A stretch of DNA of 64,000 bases from Octopus vulgaris (lineage: Eukaryota). Position 1 is the stretch's first letter, and each line of letters starts with the position of its first letter. A model generated the notes under the pieces. That model saw nothing but the letters and a program-made list of their open reading frames with translations, ran no database searches and was not told the DNA's origin. Positions 39,249-51,440 of this stretch are shown here, piece after piece. A program made the translations under genes and the position numbers. Location: positions 128,588,001 through 128,652,000 of the forward strand of contig OX597815.1 of assembly GCA_951406725.2 (NCBI GenBank), read 5' to 3'.

Positions 39249-40620
39249 AATGGTAAATGGAACAATTTCTTGAGAAATGTACTAAATTTTACAAGAAAAG
39301 CATATTTTTCCAGCTATATTTTAATTAGAACAAAAATTTTAAATATGACAATTTACGACATTGCCAGTGAGTTTTCTAAAACTGGTTTATGTTGGTCAAC
39401 TTAGTCATTAAGTCATGTTACAAATAGTAATTAATAGAGGCATGTAAATATTCAAAATTATGGAGAGCAGGTGGTGGTGAAGAGATTGGAAGAAATCGAT
39501 TAGAATTTAAATGGTGCTCTTTCCTGTCATAAATAGTGTAGAAATTGAAGTTTTTATGGAAATAAATTATCATTTTTGTCTTCTTTTTTTTTTTCTCAAT
39601 AAAATTTAAGATCTCTAAACTTTGTAGTAATGTTTGAAGGATTTTTACTATTGAGATTCAATTAGCTTTGTGTTCATATGGTAACCCACCCATACACACA
39701 TAATTGTTTTATCAGTGTAGTTAAAAAGTTAGCTTCATAACTACATACTCCTTTATACAGTAGCTTAGGCAAGTATTTTATGCTATATTGTTAACAATGC
39801 TTCATAACTGAAATATTGAAATTTAGTTGATGGAAACTATACAGAAGCCTGCTGTGTGTAGTGGGGGGGGATGTATTGGCAAGGGATTGTTGATAGTGTG
39901 TCAACCAAAAATACCTTTGGCAACTCCACTGGTGTTGGTGCTACATAAAAAAGCACCCAGTGCACTCTGTAAAGTGGTTGGCATTAAGAAGAGCATCCAG
40001 CCGTAGAAGCCATGTCAAAGCTGACAACAGAGGTTAGCGTGGTTCTCTGGCTTACCAACTCTTGTCATATCATCCAACCCATGCCAGCATAGAAGACAGA
40101 TGATGATGATTATGATCAGTGTGTTTGCATCCCTTAATGTTGAGGAGGACTTAGTTATTCATTATATAGAAATATAAATTAGATAAAGTATTGTGGTCGT
40201 TATAATCAACTAGACCCCTTGATGGCTGTTGCCCAAGCATAAAAGAATATTATTTAGGTGTGGCATAGTTTGAAGTATGAAAGAATTGCAGGAATCTATG
40301 TTCTATGCTACTTGCTTTCAGTTCTTAGACACAGATCTTTGAACACTAAATATTGATTCTTTATAAAAGGCTCATAATTATTTACTTCATTCACTGCGCT
40401 TAAAAAATAGGTACAACTTTCATGTGAAAGGGGAGCTGATGATATTGATAAGAACACCCAGCTCTGAAACACTTCATTCAAAAGTTTATACATTATTTAT
40501 CCTTTCAATCTGTATGATTCTTCCAATGCACAGAAATATTATGCTTTTTTTTTTGTCCAGTTTCATTGAAATGGAGTTGCTTATGCTATTTGGCTTCCAT
40601 TAACTATTTTAGATTGCTAA

Positions 40621-41058
40621 CCCTCTCTTTACCATATTTCTATAGAAATACACTGTCTTTATTATTTCAATTAATTTTGAAAATAATGAAAAGCTTTATG
40701 AAATAACTTTGTTGTTATTAAGATGATTCTTAAGATACAAATTAACATGAAATTTTAGTGGAAGTTTTTTTTAACTTAGATCACTTTAACCCTTTAGTGT
40801 TCAGGTTATTCTGTCAAACTTGATGCTTGTTTGTTTATATTGTTTTGAATTAATCATGCATTACTTTGTAGTTTAGAGATTTCAGTGATGTGATTGTTTA
40901 GTTGTAAAATGACATGGTAGGGCTGAGGTAAAAGGCCAAATCTGGTCAGTTTCTATATAAAACAGGTTAAATATTTTGGCCAGATATGGCCAGTTTGAAT
41001 GCTAAAGGGCTAAACATGAAGTTTGTGGAGTGGTCTTAGGGTTATTATCAAAAGGATT
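40621..41058 (+). mobile_element. Family A TTAA MITE with a family B MITE (40790-41009) inserted at an internal TTAA
   Basis: The outer sequence matches 14334-14564; the inner ttaa|ccctttagtgttcag...gctaaaggg matches 9272-9490. Confidence 0.65.
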
Positions 41059-42895
41059 ATCAGACTGCCAGCTGCTACTTCTTTACCTAACACTTAAACT
41101 AGCGACCAAAACTAGCGACCATGAATTTCCAAGTTGAACTTGTAGTAAATTGGTGCCACATAGATGGAACAACTCAGAACTCAAATCCCTTCAATTATCT
41201 TGGAGTTTTTGGTTCTACCTGCCTTGTGGGTAGAACTTGGGAAATAATACTCTGGGCCAAGTCACCTTGATTGAGATGCACTATTTAAGCAAAATGTCTA
41301 TTTGAAATATCAGTTTAGCAATTAGTGCATTTTATCAACTCTGAAAGGATGAATAGCAAAGTAGATCTCAGCAAGATTTAAAGTCAGAACCAGAGAGTTG
41401 GAACAAATACAGTTGTTTTACTACATTCTTACAAAGTTTTGATTATTTTCAAAATTAATTGAAATACAGAGACAGTATTTCATTAAAAATACTATAATGA
41501 AAAGATTCAACTCTAGTAGATAGCCTCTGATTTAGGGATATCTGCTGGACAGTTTTTGCTGTTGAAATTTCTGTATTATTTGTTTATTTGAAGCAACATG
41601 AATCAAATAAAAATCAAATTTATAAGAAACTCAAACATCAGAGATTTAGAGAATTGTAAATGGTTGTTGTATCATTTTGTTGTTCCTCTAAAGTAAGAGA
41701 AAACAACTCTACAACTATAACAGAATGTGACCTTTTGTGTATATTCTGTAGCTTATTTCCTTCAATTGGGATAGACTGCTATAGAGGGACGGAGAGATTG
41801 TAAAGTTCAATAAGTATGGGAGCTAACTCTAAAGTATACAGTTTGATGATGGTGGTGGAAGGAGACTTTGTTGGAACCAGTTACTTGTTAGGCTAGAATG
41901 ATTTGAGTTATTCCTAGTTGATGAATGAATTCTAACATCAAAACTGTTAAGGATTTTCACCACTTGACAACAATATGTAGAAGGATAGTTTATAAAAAAA
42001 TATAGGCTCTCTGTTGATCAAGGCTGACCATGCATTGGCAGATATCTATATGCTGGCCTTAGCAGAATTTGAAAAAGCTTAGAAGTTGCTTATGATGCAA
42101 GTTTCTGTTATCTATGCCACTGATGTTTAGCCAAGGGTAAGATCCTGAACTTCCACTGATGTGGCTTGAAACTAGTGTCATTGCAGGCATTACTACAAAG
42201 ATACAAAGGGCTAGAACAGATACCACAAGGCTTCTTACTCAACTCTCTATCAAGTCCACCAACTTAGATTGGTACAATTAGTGCATTTTATCAACCCTGA
42301 AAGGATGAATAGCAAAGTTGACCTCAGCAAGATTTAAAGTCAGAACCAGAGAGTTGGAACAAATACAGTGAAGCATTTTACATTTTATCCAGCACTCCAT
42401 CAACTCTGCCAATTTATTGTCTATAAGAAACAAGTAGGAAAAAAAGCATTTTTTAATGTCTGATTGAATGTCTTGACATTTAAGATGAATTAAGGTGGTG
42501 AGGTAGAAGAATGGTGTGGATGCCAGACAAAATGCTTTTCATCCTGCAGTGTCAATGAAAATAAGTACCAGTTGAGCACTGAGGTTGAAAAATATCTACT
42601 TCTCTCAGCCCTCAGAATTGCTAGCCTTGTGCCAAAATAAGGAAAGAGTATCTAAGATGAATTGTTGTCAATAAAATTTATAACTTTTCTGACTATTAAC
42701 TTTATATTTAGAAATGAAATGTACCTTTTATCAATATTTACTTCTGCACTACATTTCTGTTGGTTTGATCTCAGGACCAGCATCAGGTGCTTTATTTGTA
42801 AATGTGTATTTACTACTAGACTATTTTACTAGGCATCAATTAATTTTGTGCATTTGAATAATTTTTATAAGTTTCTTTATTTTTTATTTTTGCAG

Positions 42896-42958
42896 AGAGT
42901 CTAATTCGACACAGTAGCTGTGAGCAGCGAGAATTAATAGATGACCGAAAAATGTTAG
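42896..42958 (+). CDS. Internal coding small exon 2 (63 nt, phase 1-1), peptide (E)SLIRHSSCEQRELIDDRKML
   Basis: Acceptor tttttatttttgcag, donor AG|gtaagc, open frame, retained CpGs, and similarity to exon 1 (ESL...E.RE...DRK). Confidence 0.85.
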
Positions 42959-43644
42959 GTAAGCAAATCTATTCATTACCACTCTTTTTACTATCCCCCT
43001 CCTCCTCCTCATTATTTACTGGATATTTTAAAGGAGAGAGAGAAAATGAATGAAATAAACTAAAAAAAATCAATATTTTGATTTCTTTTTACTTTTTTGT
43101 CTATGTCTTCAGTTTTAACAAGATGGCTTTCAATCTTTTTTACACATTTTCACCAACTTAAAGACCTATATTTGTTTATACACACCCATACCCTACCATA
43201 TCTACCGTACTCTTCATACTTGTGTTTTTATCATTATGTTTTGGTAACAGCTTTCTTTAAAAATGTATTCCATTGAAAAAACAGCTTTAGTGTAATTTCA
43301 ATGCTTTCAAAGATATTTTCCTCTGTAAATTAGTAAATATGTATGCAAATGAACATAAAGTTATAAATGTGTATACATTGCTTGATACTTTTCAAAAATG
43401 TATCTTGCTTTGTGTAATTGATTACCTGTTGTCTAAAAGCCCTTCACTAAGCACCTTGTCAACCCCATAAACTTCAGCATCAGAACTTCTGTCTTGGTTT
43501 TCCTACAGGTATCAACCCACAAAAGTTTAAGCTGGACATCAACTGCATTGCCCCTATTTCACCCTCCACTGGTTATAAGCCAGTTAGGCAGACTCTTTAT
43601 CTGGATACTTGACATGGTAAAACAGCAGTCTTGAATCACTAAGC

Positions 43645-43679
<35 letters not shown>

Positions 43680-43714
43680 AAACTGGATGGCCATAGTTTT
43701 TATTTATAACATTT

Positions 43715-44810
43715 CTTTTACTTGCTGAGTTTGGTGGAAAAGGCATTGCTCATGACCTTTTCAACCCCACTTTTCCCTCTAAGACCAATCTGCTTGATGC
43801 TGTTAATGTTCCATTTAAACTGTTGTTAAGTTAGCATATGTAAGAGAAGCATGAACTGGAAGAAGATTCCAGAGGGCTGATGCTCTAGGAAAGGCTGAGA
43901 ATACTGGTTAGTAGAAGGCTTCGGCAGTTGGACAAAATAAATATGATAAGAAAGAGAGAGAGGCAGGCAGACAGACAGACAGGCAGGCAGGTTGGGAGTG
44001 TCTGACTAGATAAGGTACAAGATTAGCCAGCTGTGAGGAAAGATCATTTTCATAGTAATAGAAGAGACTGCGTAACTGTTTGATTGATTTAATGCCAATC
44101 ATTTGAGTGGCTTTTCTCTGGATTCAAGATGTCTTTGAACATAGCAGCAGTACTGTCCCATTTGCAGGATCAGCTCTCAAATGTGAATTTCACATGAGCA
44201 GTTGTTGAGAATTGAAATATTTTCTGGGTCTTGAAGAGAAGTGCTTTGGGAGTCTTTGATTTGCAGTCCAAGCTATGTTAAGTATGTGCTTTTGCCTGGA
44301 GAGATTTTGGTAATAGTGAAGCCAAGTATTTGATGTGACAGTGAAGACTGTAGCTAAGTGTTGTTCATATTTAAAGGGATGTGGTGATGTTTCCTTGACA
44401 TGAGTAATGCTTGAGTTTTTTTTGCCTCCTTAAAAGAGACAAGATTGGCACTGTCTCACTAAAGAATTCTCTCAAGCTGATCAATGAATCAGTGCAGATT
44501 GGTGTATGGTGCTAAGGTTGTGTGTGGATGATTCATAGTTGGGAAAGGTTAGAGAGGATTAAAGTGATGTATTATCTGCATAGGAGTGGGCATTGTAGGC
44601 TGTGGCAGCAAGTAGGTTGTTGATATATAGAAAAAAAAAAGAGTAAGGGGACAAACTGAACTCTGGGGAACACTAGAGTTAATTGTGAGTAAGACAGAAT
44701 GAGAGTTCCCTCAACACGTGCCATAATGATGTGATCTGACAAGAAGCTACTGGTCCAAGAGATGAGTGAGGCTTGGTACTCACAAGCTGGAAGTCTTGGT
44801 AGAAGATTAA
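43715..44810 (-). mobile_element. Decayed CR1-clade LINE: RT domain through the 3' end
   Basis: Minus strand: LISWTSSFLSD...INSSVPQSSVCPL.LFFLYINNLL...HSYADNT (GVPQGS and YADD motifs), then IQRKATQMIG, SLFYYY...SSQLANLVP and FPRASALWNLLP. Confidence 0.8.
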
Positions 44811-44984
44811 CACAAGTCTGACTGGGTGCTAAACAGTGACAACCCTCACCAGTGTCAAAGGACTTACAAAGGTTGGGTACATTACCTCCCCTCCTTAGAC
44901 TTTGCAGTTTTTCATTACAGCTGATGAGAAAAAGATTTTCTCATTCAAGAAAACTTTGCCTTTGTGAGGCCCAATGCTTGATAG

Positions 44985-45196
44985 TTTTTTTACATGCCAC
45001 CAGCACGGGTGCCAGGACACCAGTATCAGACATGACTATGATTTCACTTGCTTGATAGGTCTTCTCAAGCACAGTATATTTCCAAAGGTCTTGGTCACTA
45101 GTCATTGCCTCTATAAGGCCCAAAGTTCAAGGATCATGCTTTACCAGCTTGTCCCATGTCTTCTTGGGTCTATCTCTACCACAAGTTCCTTCCACA
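44985..45196 (-). mobile_element. Older RTE fragment (ORF end + start of 3' UTR)
   Basis: GLIEAMTSDQDLWKYTVLEKT aligns with [21 protein letters not shown] of 1861-2178. Confidence 0.8.
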
Positions 45197-45235
45197 GTTT
45201 TATATATATAATATATATAAATATAATATATATAA

Positions 45236-45735
45236 TCAAATCAAATCAAATCAAATCAAACCAAATCAAAATAGATGAACATCAATGGAATTTGTATCCT
45301 TGTGGTACCAGTGCCGGTGGCACATAAGAAAACCATCCAAACGTGACCGTAGCCAGTACCGCATCGACTGGCCTCCGTGCTGAGGGCACGTAACAAACAC
45401 CATCTGAGCGTGGCCGTTCGCCAGCCTCGTCTGGCACCTGTGTCGGTGACACATAAGAAAACACCATCCGAGCGTGGCCGTCTGCCAGCCTCGTCTGGCA
45501 CCTGTGTCGGTGGCACATAAAAACACCATCCGAGCGTGGCCGTCTGCCAGCCTCGTCTGGCACCTGTGTCGGTGGCACATAAAATCACCCACTACACTCT
45601 CGGAGTGGTTGGCGTTAGGAAGGGCATCCAGCTGTAGAAACACTGCCAGATCTGACTGGCCTGGTGCAGCCCAGTTGAACCGTCCAACCCATGCTAGCAT
45701 GGAAAGCGGACGTTAAACGATGATGATGATGATGA
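45236..45735 (+). mobile_element. RTE 3' UTR fragment with (AAATC)n start, ~4 units of the 60-bp repeat and (GAT)n tail
   Basis: Same unit (ccatccgagcgtggccgt..gccagcctcgtctggcacctgtgtcggtggcac) and tail as 3067-4266. Confidence 0.9.
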
Positions 45736-48197
45736 ATATATATGAAACAATTTCCATCTACCAAATTCACTAACAAGATATTGGTTGACCTAGGGCTATA
45801 GCAAAAGGATTGAACCTAAAACCATGTGGTTGCAAAGTGGGCATTTTAACCACACAATCATGCCTGTGCCTAACACATGCCAGCCTAGTTTTTTTTAATT
45901 AAATTCATATTAATACAAATTCATCTATTTACAAGTTTAAGCCACTGCAATAACCTGTCCAACAGAAAATCCTGATCAATAGGGGCATACATATTATCAA
46001 CTGGTTACTGTTAACAATATCTGCAAATTAAAATGTAGGATCATGCCAAATTGGTTTTGAAACTCAGGACTAATTCTTAATTACAATTGTTTCATTAAAG
46101 CATGGCTATTACAATATTCTATTTCATTCCTCCTAAATATCTCAAGTCGAAGCCTATATGAGAAACAGGTGAAGTAATCATGTTTATTATAGCCATTCTA
46201 ATTGTGTGATTTTGGAAATAATTTTGCAACATTGTCTCCTGTCAACAAATTGGGAAGTCACTTAGAGCCTTCGAAGGCTTGTGGAATAAGTGATCACTTG
46301 CAAAGCAAATCAGGGTTATCCTTAGGAAGGGCAGCCTGCTATAAAACAATGCCTCAGCATATTTGTCCAACCCATGCAAACATCAAAAAAGCTTGTAAAA
46401 TGAATGAATGCAGCATGCAAAATGTTGACTGACAACTGCACTGTGACTGTCATCACCATTTTAATGTCCACTTTTCCATGATTACATGGGTCAGATGGAA
46501 TTTGTTGAGGCAGGTTTTCTATGACTGGATACCCTTGTCATCAACTCTCACCTGTTTCCAAGCAAGATAAATTTCCCTGCAGCTAGACATGTTTCCACAG
46601 AAGACTGGAACAAGAAACCCCACTTACATAAAGGAGATTCTCATTTATAATGACCCCATGAGGTCAAAAAAAGGGACATGCACACATTGTGGGGTTCTTT
46701 CAGTTCTGTCTGCAATATCCACTTGCAAAGTTTTTGCCTATAAAAGAAGGCACTTGCCCAAGGTGCCATGCAGTGAGACTGAACTCTAATCCACCTAATT
46801 TAGGAAGTGAACTTCTTAACCACACAATAGACCATGTCTATACTTATTTACTCTTAATCCATTTAAGAGCTACAATGACACAGTGAAAGGATTACTCTAG
46901 TAGCCATGTGGCTAAATGTTTGAATTTACTGCAGCTATTGTAAGAAGAAGCATAAATAGTACAAGCTGCTTTGGTCTATCAGGTTGTGTCAATCCAACGT
47001 TTGTAATTGAGCAACTATCAGAAAGATGGGCACTCAACTGTATAAAACACTACAACAATATTGAGCTAATGACTATTGTTACGATTATTGCTAATGATTA
47101 TTGCTAAATCCATCCCAGCCATTTAGTAAATAAAAATGAATGCAAGACAATAAAGGTAGAAATTATACTAAACACAATTCTTAAAAAAGTAAAGAAATAA
47201 ATCATTAAGCGTGAATATTCAGATAATTAAGTCTATATCCATTAACTGACCCTTCAGTATGCTAATTTACTAATTTTATCATTCATACATGAACACAGAC
47301 AACCCATAATCCACAAATGGGTGTGAAATGTGTGTTAATCTTGCTTTGTTCAGTGAGAAATATTTTAGACAGTATTTTATTAAATAGTGCAAATCTCCAT
47401 TCAGCAGTTAAAAGTACATAACACCAATGACTTAAGATTTCTTTCCAACACACACACAATCACAGAAACAATATGTCTATATCTGTGTTTATGCATTTAT
47501 ATGTATGTGTATAGTATATCTATGCATAAATATGTTTATATATATGTATGTATATATACACATACATATATGTAATTATGAAAATATAGATAAGACAGTG
47601 TATTAAAATGAATTAGACAAGATAAAATGATAGCCACATATGTGATGACACATCACTGTGTATGTGTCCATGTGTGTGTTTACAAGATAGAAATCTTTGT
47701 TTCACTCTCCATCATATCCATTCATTAATTACTAAGAAATATTTGTGGACTGAACTTTATACCAGTTTTCAATGTACTAAATAAGTGTTTGAGAGACACT
47801 TTTATGTCTAGTCTCTATTGATAAAGAAAAGATTTGAGTCCAGCACAGCAAAGTAGCAGGTGTTAAAATGTCAATCAGAAAGCTATATGGCTCTACTGCT
47901 TTATGGTACCCATCTTCTACTAGGAGGACTATTACCTTGGGCCAACCAATGTCTTGTGAGCAGAACTGGTAGACAGAACTGCTAGTACTAGCAGCAAGAC
48001 ACTTACCACCAAATATAGGTTCATTTGTTTTACATACTGATGTAGATTAGGTGCTTATTTGAGGCAGTATTTTCAAGGCCAGATGATATTCCTGTGGCTA
48101 AAACTCTTTCTTGTTTCATAAGTAAGGAAGATTTTATTCCACTACTTTGAGGGCATAGAGCTATAGGATACAATGTTTACCAAGAATGTAAATACAA

Positions 48198-48422
48198 TAT
48201 TAAGTCGGCGAGTTGGCAGAAACATCAGCACGCCAGGTGAAATGCTTAGTAGTATTTCGTCTGCTGTTACGTTCTAAGTTCAAATTCCGTCAAGGTCAAC
48301 TTTGCCTTTCATCTTTTCAGGGTTAATAAATTATGCACTGGGGTCGATGCAATCAACTTAATCCCTTTGTCTGTCCTTGTTTGTCCCCTCTATGTTTAGC
48401 CCCTTGTGGGCAATAATGAAAT
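48198..48422 (+). mobile_element. Third tRNA-SINE family, intact with 16-bp TSD
   Basis: Head gtcggcgagttggcagaa...gttcaaattcc (A/B boxes); aagaatgtaaatacaa is duplicated at 48182-48197 and 48423-48438. Confidence 0.9.
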
Positions 48423-48849
48423 AAGAATGTAAATACAAGACGGTTTTTGTCTTTTAGTTTTTACTCAGCGAATCGTACACAAGAAATGGAAATGACAACT
48501 TTTATGCACACATATGTGCTTCCATGCAATTTCTGTCTACCAGTTCTGCTCACAAGACATTGGTTGGCCCAAGGTAATAGAAGACACTTGCCCAAGTGCC
48601 AAGCAGTGTGACTAAAGCTAAGACCATGTGGTTGTGAACCAAAATTCTTCACCAAAAGCCATGCCTATGCCAAAACATATATTTGTTAAATATTCTTAGC
48701 AAAAGTACAATCAATAAATGAATTAAATTAAATATTGGTTCTCTACAGAATTAACATAATTTTAATAGATTACATGGCAGCTGAAGATCTATGTCACTGC
48801 AATGGTACATGTATAGATTCAATAAATGGAGCTGGTAGCATGTGAAAAG

Positions 48850-49165
48850 CTCCCTTCGAGTGTTGGGCCTCACGGAGACAATGATTGAGACCTTTGACAT
48901 TATTTTGTGCTTGAGAAGACCCGTCAAGCCAAGTAAAATCATAGTCATGGAAGATACTGGTGTCATGCAAACAGCACTTGTGCCGGTGGCATGTAAAAGA
49001 ACTCCTTATACTCTTGGAGTGGTTGGTGTTAGGAAGGGCATCCAGCTGTAGAAACCTTGCCAGATCAGGTTGGAGCCTGGTGCAGCCCACCGGTTTGTCA
49101 GACCTCAGCCAAACTGTCCAAACCATGCCAGCATAGACAACAGATGTTAAATGATGATGGTAATG
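48850..49165 (+). mobile_element. Older RTE 3' fragment
   Basis: ccttcgagtgttgggcctcacggag...gagacctttg...gagaagacccg...ggagtggttggtgttaggaagggcatccagc...gatgatg. Confidence 0.8.
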
Positions 49166-49428
49166 ATAGTTCACAGATGAGATCCAGAGATTCTCTGTGT
49201 AGAAGACACTTAGTAGTGCACAAGAGATTCAAACTAAGGCTTTTGGTTAAGAATTTTGGTTCACAACCATATGGTTTTAGCTTTATTCCCACTGCTTGAC
49301 ACTTGGGCAAGTGTCTTCTACTATTACCTTGGGGCAAGCAATGTCTTGTGAGTAGAACTGGTAGACCTCAAGGTAAAGAAAGGCTATAAGAGGGATCAAG
49401 TTGAGCGGGTACAGGTGTAATTATGTGG

Positions 49429-50092
49429 ATAAACAAATTAGACAAACGAAATAAAATATATCAGATGCAAAATATATATACATGTATACATGCAACAGGT
49501 AGAAATTTTCAGACGATGAATTTTTATGAATAAATATATTGATATTTATATTAATATGTCCAATTTACAGAGTACAAATAACAGAAAATTAAAGGTGTGG
49601 AAGGAAAGTCCAACTGCTGTTTCTGGGGGCTTGGTGATCCGTAAATAATGTTGGTAGATTTAGTTCATCACAATATGCAGCTGTATGGATGCAGTTAACA
49701 TTGGATGAGACAAGCCTCTGTTATCAGGGTATAGAAGATCTGAAATATCAGATCTTGGTGCAGAAAAGTTCCATCCTTGAACTTCTCGCATATTGTGATC
49801 TACCAACATTATTATGGATCACCGATTAAATCTACCAACATTATTATGGATCACCCAGCCCCCGAAAACAGTTGTTGGATTTATAATACCTTTCTTCCAC
49901 CCCTTTAATTTCCTCTGTTGTTTGCATTCTATGTAAGTTGAACCTATTAATATAAATATCTATATATTTATGCATAAAAATTCATCTGAAAGTTTCCACC
50001 TTTTTCTTTCTCTCATTTTGCATGTATAGGTGTATATATGCATACTTTGTATTTGATGTATTTAGTATTTTTGATGTGTCTAATTTGTTTAT
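49429..50092. mobile_element. Diverged foldback (arms ~250-300 bp), Penelope-like, with a degenerate hammerhead
   Basis: 49429-49678 pairs with 49788-50092. Minus strand 49609-49729 reads ccCTGATAAcagaggcttg...caagcccccaGAAACagcaGTTgg; (TA)n starts at ~50143. Confidence 0.65.
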
Positions 50093-50143
50093 ATTTTCGT
50101 AAACCTGCCTTTGTCTTTTGTTTATTTTCATAAACCTTCCCGT

Positions 50144-50171
<28 letters not shown>

Positions 50172-50174
<3 letters not shown>

Positions 50175-50450
50175 TCATCATTGTTTAACGCCCGTTTTCC
50201 GCGCTAGCACGGGTTGGACGGTTCGACCGGGGTCTGGGGAGCCAGGGGCTGCCCCAGGCTCCAGTCTGATCTGGCAGTGTTTCTACAGCTGGATGCCCTT
50301 CCTAACGCCAATCACTCCGCGAGTGTAGTGGGTGCTTTTTACGTGCCACCTGCACAGGTGCCAGAGCGGTCTGGCATCGGCCACGATCGGTTGGTGCTTT
50401 TTTATGTGCCACCAGCACAGAAGCCAGTCAAGGCGGTGCTGGCATCGGCC
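50172..50450 (-). mobile_element. RTE 3' tail, reverse orientation
   Basis: atcatcatc...gtttaacg...ggatgcccttcctaacgcca...ttttacgtgccacc is the reverse complement of the RTE tail. Confidence 0.88.
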
Positions 50451-50611
50451 AAGTGTTTGGTGTTAGGAAGGGCATCTTGCAGTAGAAACTAAACCAAATC
50501 AGATTGGAACCTTGTTTAGCTCCACAGCTTGCCAGCTCTGATCAAACCATCCAACCCATGCCACCATGGAAAATCAATGTTAAATGATGATAGTGTGTAT
50601 AAGAGGGTGAT

Positions 50612-50965
50612 GATGGTGTGTAGTAAGAAGTTTGCTTCCCGACCACATAATTCCAGAGCGGCACCTTGGGCAAGTGTCTTCTACTAATGGATTTGGTAGA
50701 CAGAAACTGCTCAAAGCCTCACACACACACACACACACACATTTGTGTGTATTTGTCTCCATGTTTGTCCCTTCCACACCGCTTGACAACTGGTGCTGGT
50801 GTTTTACATCCCTGTAACTTAGTGGTTTTGCAAAAGAGACTAATAGGATTAGTACCAGGCTTTTAAAAAAAAAGAGAACCAGGGGCAATTTATTCAACTA
50901 AAATTCTTCAAGGTGGTGCCCCAGTATGGTCACAGTCTAATGATTAAAACAAGTTAAAGATAAAA
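50612..50965 (+). mobile_element. tRNA-derived SINE
   Basis: ggcaccttgggcaagtgtcttctacta...aaggtggtgccccagtatggtcacagtctaatgattaaaacaag. Confidence 0.8.
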
Positions 50966-51040
50966 CATATGTATAGTCTACTGCACCATGATGGTAAAAT
51001 CAGCAAAACAAAGTACTCAATCTGGTGAGAGATAAATATT

Positions 51041-51277
51041 ATTTAATAAACACAATATATGTTTCTATGTGCTACAACTAGTTTCATGTGATGAAAGCAT
51101 CTCAGACAGTATTTTTTAACATGCCTGATACCTTAGCACAGTCTTCAGATGCTCCATGTGACCATTGCCTGAATATTGTACTAAGGTACCAGATGTGTTT
51201 AAAAGATACTGTCTAAGCTGCTTTCATCACATGAAACTAATTGTAGCACCTAAAAACATATATTGTATTTATTAAAT
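51041..51277. repeat. Foldback with ~108-bp arms and 20-nt loop next to (TA)n
   Basis: 51041-51148 is the reverse complement of 51169-51277 (for example gtttcatgtgatgaaagca / tgctttcatcacatgaaac). Confidence 0.85.
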
Positions 51278-51289
51278 TATATATATATA

Positions 51290-51440
51290 TAGTTCAAATT
51301 TACAGAAAACCGAAGGTGAAAAATAGGTGTAGGAACAACAGGCAGGTGTATTAGTTTAATGTTTGGGAAAAATGGAAAAGTCTTTCACATTTCGAGCCTT
51401 CGCTCTTCAACAGAAAGGGTTAAGAGGGAAAAAATGAGGT
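51290..51440 (-). mobile_element. Penelope-like terminus with hammerhead-variant motif (51382-51417)
   Basis: Minus strand ctttCTGTTGAaGAGCgaagGCTCGAAAtgtgaaag, then aaactaatacacctgcctgttgtt..., homologous to 26683-26815. Confidence 0.7.

Noticed and set aside
43647-43677. A31 run as the tail of a processed pseudogene
   Set aside because: No upstream ORF, polyadenylation signal or TSD found.
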